DNA of 32,000 nucleotides from Candidatus Saccharimonadota bacterium (GTDB lineage Bacteria; Bacteroidota; Bacteroidia; Cytophagales; Amoebophilaceae): NCBI RefSeq assembly GCF_965196625.1, contig NZ_OZ239769.1, positions 630,001 to 662,000 of the forward strand, read 5' to 3'. Shown piece by piece: positions 26,244 to 32,000 of this stretch (position 1 is its first letter; each line of letters starts with the position of its first letter). The notes under the pieces were generated by a model. It saw only the letters and a program-made list of their open reading frames with translations, ran no database searches and was not told where the DNA came from. The position numbers and the translations under genes were made by a program.

Positions 26244-26331
26244 AAAGATAATGTAGGTTTTTGCGTCATTAATTTTTCTACTATAATGGTATCTTTTTTG
26301 CTCCCCGCTAGGAATTTAATCAATTTTTTGC

Positions 26332-26378
26332 ATTAGACCTCTTGCATAACCTGATTTGTGATCAGCAATTTTAGTAGG
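26332..26378 (+). repeat. R1 dispersed repeat copy
   Basis: attagacctcttgcataacctgatttgtgatcagcaattttagtagg aligns with the reverse complement of 8204..8250 (attagatctcctgcataacctatttgtggtgcgcaattcttaggag). Confidence 0.7.
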
Positions 26379-26591
26379 ATATAGGAGAAACGTAGTTGAA
26401 ACCGCTTTTGGTTTGCTGTTTGCGCTTACTTTTAAAGCTAGCTGTATATTACAGTAACAAATCCAATCCTTTTTTATAAATTTAACGAGCGGTTCAGATG
26501 TTGTCTATTGCGCTTTATTTGTAGGGTCGTTTTTTGAAGATCTATTCAAAGCCAATAGGCAAAAACGCATATAATGTCTCTATCATTTTAA

Positions 26592-28097
<1,506 letters not shown>

Positions 28098-28319
28098 AAA
28101 GGCTTTTTATAAAGGCAGTATAATAGATTTTGGCCTACTTTTTAAAATATTAATGGAATAGACATTTTTTTATGTGCTTATTCACTTGATCTTTATTTTA
28201 TTTATATGTAACTATGCAGTATTCCCTATCTGTTTCTATAAATGGGTGGGTAGTAAGTGGAGGTGGGGTATGTCCTATCTTATCTAGTTGATATAGTTAA
28301 ACGTTAAAATTGTACTGTA

Positions 28320-28967
28320 ATGAATTATAAATTTTTATCTGCATTGGCGCTCGTGCTCTCTATGTATACTGGTGTAAAAGCCGATGCTCCATCTAAGGCT
28401 ATGGAGCGACTTCAAGCAGCTCCATCTGCTTTAAAGATTGCGTGTGTAGATGTGGGTTATATTTTAAGTATTTTACCAGAAGCTAAGAAGAATAATGCTG
28501 AAATTCAGAGCTTTCAAAAGCAACTGGATAATCAGATTCAAACAAAAATCAAAGAGGGTCAAGAAAAGGCTGATGCTTTCCACCAGCAGCTAGATAGCTT
28601 GACGGAAGCTCAAAAAAAGCAGAAGGTTCTGGAATTCCAAAAATTGGAATTAGCTATTCGGGAGCTTGAGGAGCAAAAGCATGCTAAAATGGCAGAAAAG
28701 TATAAGACACTTATGCAGCCCATTTATGATAAAATGCACGAGGTAATTAACAAAATTGCAGTGGAACATGCTTATGTTTTTGTTTTGAGTAAAAACACAG
28801 AAGTTGGTCCTGTAGTGCTTTTTGCGCATAAATCAGTTGATATTTCTGAAATGGTTTTAGAAGCACTTAAAGCAGTAGCACCTAAAGCGCCACAACCACC
28901 TGTAGTAGGTCCGAAGGCTCAGTCTAAACCAGCTGGGGGTCCGGCTAAGCCTGCCAAGAAAAAATAA
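28320..28967 (+). CDS. OmpH/Skp-family periplasmic chaperone
   Basis: 215 aa. A signal peptide is followed by IACVDVGYILSILPEAKKNNAEIQSFQKQL, a coiled-coil core and a basic P/A/K-rich tail. Confidence 0.8.
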   Translation: MNYKFLSALALVLSMYTGVKADAPSKAMERLQAAPSALKIACVDVGYILSILPEAKKNNAEIQSFQKQLDNQIQTKIKEGQEKADAFHQQLDSLTEAQKKQKVLEFQKLELAIRELEEQKHAKMAEKYKTLMQPIYDKMHEVINKIAVEHAYVFVLSKNTEVGPVVLFAHKSVDISEMVLEALKAVAPKAPQPPVVGPKAQSKPAGGPAKPAKKK

Positions 28968-29012
28968 ATCGTTTATTGCTCCTTTTATAGTACATATAGG
29001 GAGGGTTTAATC

Positions 29013-29052
29013 AATACTGGTTGCTATCTTTTTAGTAGCCAGTATTTTAGTT
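29013..29052 (+). terminator. Rho-independent terminator candidate after ompH
   Basis: aatactgg (29013..29020) pairs with ccagtatt (29039..29046) and is followed by ttagttt. Confidence 0.35.
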
Positions 29053-29076
29053 TACTATCATTTTTATAGATTCATT

Positions 29077-29967
29077 TTGAGGGTGTCTCGTTTGAGTAAG
29101 CTTTGTATTTGTAGCTTTTTGCTCTTTTTCTTTTTTTACTGGGTAGTGCGCAGTTGTCGTGTTGAAAAAAGCAGAGGAGGTGCGCAAAGGAATGCTTTTG
29201 TGGCTTGTGTAGGTAAGCAGTATCTATATCCATCAGATCTTGCGTCAATCGATCTTACGCATATTGATGCTGCAGATGCCGATTTTTTTGTTAAAAAATA
29301 TGTAGAAGAATGGGCGTGTAAACAACTTCTTATTGCCCAAGCAGATGACCAATTTATGCAGCCCTCTATAGAAGTTAAGTTAAATGATTATAAGAATGAC
29401 TTGTTGGCATACCATTTTTTAGAAACCCTTGTTCAACGTGATTTTGATACACATGTATCATCGGAAGCAATAGCCGATTATTACCAAAAGTATAAGCAGC
29501 GTGACTTTATACTCCATCATGATATTGTAAAAGGTATTTTTTTGGCCATTCCCAAAAAAGCTGCTGCTATTAATTCTGTAAAATCACTGATGCTATCCAA
29601 CAAAGCTGTAGATCGCATAAAATTACAAGCTTGTTGCAAGCCTTATCTTGATACTGCTATTTTAGACACAGATCAATGGTTTGTTTGGGAAGCAGTGTTA
29701 GCTAAGATTGGCTACCGCCCACTTAGGAATGCCACTAGATTATTAAAAACCAATAAATTTATTCATGAAGCAGGCTCAAAGCATATCTATTTTTTAAAGA
29801 TCAATCAGTATAAAATAACGCAAGAGATTGCTCCGCTAGAAGCAGTAGAAGATCAGATTAGAGCCATTATACTACATAAAAGAAGGGTAGATCTGATGAA
29901 CAAAATAAAATGTAAACTTTTAGAAGATGCTAAAAAAAATCATACCTGTGTTATCCAGATTAACTAA
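29077..29967 (+). CDS. Membrane-anchored periplasmic protein, SurA-N/PpiD-like chaperone domain candidate (no parvulin motif seen)
   Basis: 296 aa with a non-ATG start (TTG 29077, or GTG 29083 or TTG 29092). It has the hydrophobic anchor LCICSFLLFFFFYWVV and sits directly upstream of, and overlapping, the SurA-like PPIase. The functional call rests on context only. Confidence 0.4.
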   Translation: MRVSRLSKLCICSFLLFFFFYWVVRSCRVEKSRGGAQRNAFVACVGKQYLYPSDLASIDLTHIDAADADFFVKKYVEEWACKQLLIAQADDQFMQPSIEVKLNDYKNDLLAYHFLETLVQRDFDTHVSSEAIADYYQKYKQRDFILHHDIVKGIFLAIPKKAAAINSVKSLMLSNKAVDRIKLQACCKPYLDTAILDTDQWFVWEAVLAKIGYRPLRNATRLLKTNKFIHEAGSKHIYFLKINQYKITQEIAPLEAVEDQIRAIILHKRRVDLMNKIKCKLLEDAKKNHTCVIQIN

Positions 29968-31312
29968 AAGCGTTCTGTGCGTTCTGGTTTTACTCGTGTA
30001 TCCTTGGTTGCCTGTAACTAGGGCAGATGAAAGATTGCATTTGGATAAAACAATTGCTAGAGTAAATGAAGCGTTTATTTTGCATTCTGATTTAGAAGCA
30101 GTATGCAATCAATTGGCTTTACAACAAGGTAAAGCAGTGGATGCGTCTGTAAAGATGGATCTATTGCGAGAGTTGGTTTTAGACAAGATTTTCTTATCAG
30201 AGGCGCTATTGAATGATGTTAAGATCCCTAAAGCATATATTCAAGGCCGCTGTGAGGATAGGGTGGCCAGTTTGATACAGCGATTTGGTTCTGAAGAAAA
30301 GCTTGTTGAAGCTGCCGGTCAACCTATTTATGCTTTTAAGAAACGCATCAAGGAAATGATAAAGTCAGAATCGTTGGCTCAACAGACCTATGCTTATATT
30401 ACAAAAGAGGTAAGGGTTACACCAGCAGAGGTAACAGCTTATTTCAATAGGTTATCCCCAAATGCGCGTCCTTACTACCCTGCTGCTGTTCAGGTGCATC
30501 AATTGGTTGTTTATCCTAAGATAGATGCAAAAAGACAAGAAGCCGCTAAAAGTAAACTTTTGGATTTAAAAAAGTTGCTATTAAATGGTGTGGCTACTTT
30601 TTCTGAATTGGCTAAGGAACATTCCGATGACTTTCATTCTGCTCGTAAGGGAGGTGAAATTGGTTGGGTTCCTTTGGGTGTATTGCCACCAGCTTATGAA
30701 TCAACTGCTCTTTCGCTAAAGGTTGGGGAGGTTAGTGATCCTATAGCTTTTGAGTTTGGGTGGTATCTTATAACCCTAATAGGGCGTAATAAAGACCAAT
30801 ACAATACCCGTCATATCCTGAAGATGCTACCACCTACAGAGCAAGAAATTGAATGGACTAAAGGTGAGTTGAATAAAATTAGATCAGATATAGTGGCTGG
30901 AAAATTAACCTTTGAAGCAGCTGTTCAGCAATATTCAGAAGACAAGGGAACGGTTGCTCAAGCAGGATTGATTAAAGCCCCTAGTCAGGGGGGTGACCTT
31001 TTTCCTGGCCTACTCATCCCTGTTGAATCTTTAGATCCAGAGGTCTATTTTGCCATTGATGGACTTAAAGAAGGTGAAGTCAGTGCACCCCAGTATATGG
31101 GCACATCTGCTAGATCCGCTTGTCGGTTGCTCTATCTCAAGCAAAGGGTAGCGGCTCATCCAATGAATCTCACGCAGGATTATGAAAAAATCTACGCTCA
31201 TTTGCTTGAAGAGAAAAAAAAAGAAGCCGTTGCTAAATGGATTCAAACCGCTAAGTCAAAGTTTGTGATTGAGTTTTCTCCAGAATATAGCAAAGTAAAG
31301 GAGTTGCTTTGA
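29927..31312 (+). CDS. surA: SurA-like peptidyl-prolyl cis-trans isomerase (parvulin/PpiC domain)
   Basis: 461 aa with a signal peptide ending VTRA and a SurA_N-like region. The parvulin domain reads VHQLVVYPK..FSELAKEHSDDFHSARKGGEIGWVPLGVLPPAYESTALSLKVGEVSDPIAFEFGWYLI. Confidence 0.85.
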   Translation: MLKKIIPVLSRLTKSVLCVLVLLVYPWLPVTRADERLHLDKTIARVNEAFILHSDLEAVCNQLALQQGKAVDASVKMDLLRELVLDKIFLSEALLNDVKIPKAYIQGRCEDRVASLIQRFGSEEKLVEAAGQPIYAFKKRIKEMIKSESLAQQTYAYITKEVRVTPAEVTAYFNRLSPNARPYYPAAVQVHQLVVYPKIDAKRQEAAKSKLLDLKKLLLNGVATFSELAKEHSDDFHSARKGGEIGWVPLGVLPPAYESTALSLKVGEVSDPIAFEFGWYLITLIGRNKDQYNTRHILKMLPPTEQEIEWTKGELNKIRSDIVAGKLTFEAAVQQYSEDKGTVAQAGLIKAPSQGGDLFPGLLIPVESLDPEVYFAIDGLKEGEVSAPQYMGTSARSACRLLYLKQRVAAHPMNLTQDYEKIYAHLLEEKKKEAVAKWIQTAKSKFVIEFSPEYSKVKELL

Positions 31313-31423
31313 TGGTACCCTTGTGTCAACGTGACTGTAGGCTTTGGTATACGCCTCCGTTTAAGGAAAATTTAGTCTAGCATAGAGATGCAAATGGATG
31401 GCTAGCATACTCCATCACCCATG

Positions 31424-31460
31424 TCCGCCGATAAAAAGTTGGCGCGAAGTAAAAGTAAAC
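31424..31460 (+). repeat. R3 repeat copy adjacent to the IS5-family transposase (possible IS terminal region)
   Basis: tccgccgataaaaagttggcgcgaagtaaaagtaaac aligns with cccgcccataaaaagtttggcacacagtaaaggtaag at 14530. It lies ~30 to 70 nt beyond the transposase stop codon. Confidence 0.6.
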
Positions 31461-31490
31461 CTATATTGATAAACTAGGGCGTGTCGTCAA

Positions 31491-32000
31491 TTATGTGATT
31501 AATATAATGGAAGCGGCAAATTTAATTGCTTCCAAAAAATATTTTCCTCGTTTACAGTAACGCGTAGCAATGCCTCTAAATTGTTTTAATCGAGCAAAAA
31601 ATCGTTCAACTACATTTCGGTTTTTATAATAATTTTTGTCAAAATCACGTGTTTCCTTTCTATTTGATCTAGGAGGGATAACAGCTATTGCTCCCATATT
31701 TTCAATGCATTTAAGAATAGCTTGACTATCATAGGCTCTATCAGCTATTACAAAATTGGCTTTTTTATTATCTAATAAATCCTCAGCAAGTTGACTATCG
31801 TGGACTTGACCACCTGTAACTACCAAATCAACAGGATTTCCAGATTGATCTGATAAACAATGTATCTTACTTGTTAACCCTCCCCGAGAACGACCTAACC
31901 ATTCATCTTGAAATTCTCTATTATTTTTTTTTAGATGCACCAGAAGCATGTTGATGCGCTTTGACAAGCGTTCCATCCATAGCTAAAAAACCCCTATTAC
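31491..32000 (-). mobile_element. IS5-family (IS427-like) DDE transposase gene, frame broken at an A9 run; 5' part runs off the window
   Basis: The listed ORF contains GRSRGGLTSKIH, VIADRAYDS and RNVVERFFARLKQFRGIATRYCKR. Upstream of the A9 run (plus-strand T9 at 31924..31932) a different frame reads ..NRGFLAMDGTLVKAHQHASGASKKK-stop. That segment is the conserved first-Asp region of the same transposase. Confidence 0.85.

Noticed and set aside
28098-28319. Degenerate atpC remnant
   Set aside because: Hand translation of all three plus-strand frames gave only very short ORFs with no resemblance to epsilon-subunit N-termini. I can only report absence, not a recognisable pseudogene.
31900-31960. 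Canonical programmed -1 ribosomal frameshift joining orfA and orfB of an IS427-group element
   Set aside because: The frame relation across the A9 run is +1 by my phasing. The break also lies between the first and second catalytic Asp residues rather than between a DNA-binding orfA and the catalytic orfB.

Overview
AT-rich chromosomal window with Bacteroidota-type gene content. Supporting signs are AccD without the N-terminal Cys4 zinc finger, bamD-rpoZ synteny, a large OstA-like protein, a DUF4292-like lipoprotein and a long NusB. Most of it is a housekeeping backbone: uvrB, lysS, accD, a Nudix hydrolase, topA, atpD, nusB, leucine dehydrogenase, tsaE, tRNA-Ser(GGA), and the outer-membrane biogenesis genes bamD, ompH/skp and surA-like. 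Several things do not look like ordinary backbone. (1) Two large genes flanking uvrB have the hallmarks of host-targeting effectors. One is a 653-aa protein whose C-terminus is organised like the polyproline-WH2-Central-Acidic (PWCA) module of eukaryotic WASP-family Arp2/3 activators. The other is a 705-aa protein carrying the CX5R motif CKSGKDRTG of SopB/IpgD/INPP4-type phosphoinositide phosphatases. (2) The ITPase looks eukaryote-type. (3) A dCMP-deaminase homologue has its catalytic HAE motif changed to HAK. (4) A MutS domain III/V protein has a signal or transmembrane N-terminus. (5) Two genes are broken at homopolymer A-runs: a MATE transporter and an IS5-family transposase. (6) At least three families of short dispersed intergenic repeats occur. 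One forms a MITE-like ~335-bp element whose terminal repeat supplies the last codons and stop of the Nudix gene. Another forms a ~100-nt hairpin and recurs next to the IS5 element. I infer an obligate intracellular or amoeba-associated Bacteroidota symbiont of the Amoebophilus/Cardinium type, but this cannot be proven without a database search. No rRNA, CRISPR array or prophage was seen.
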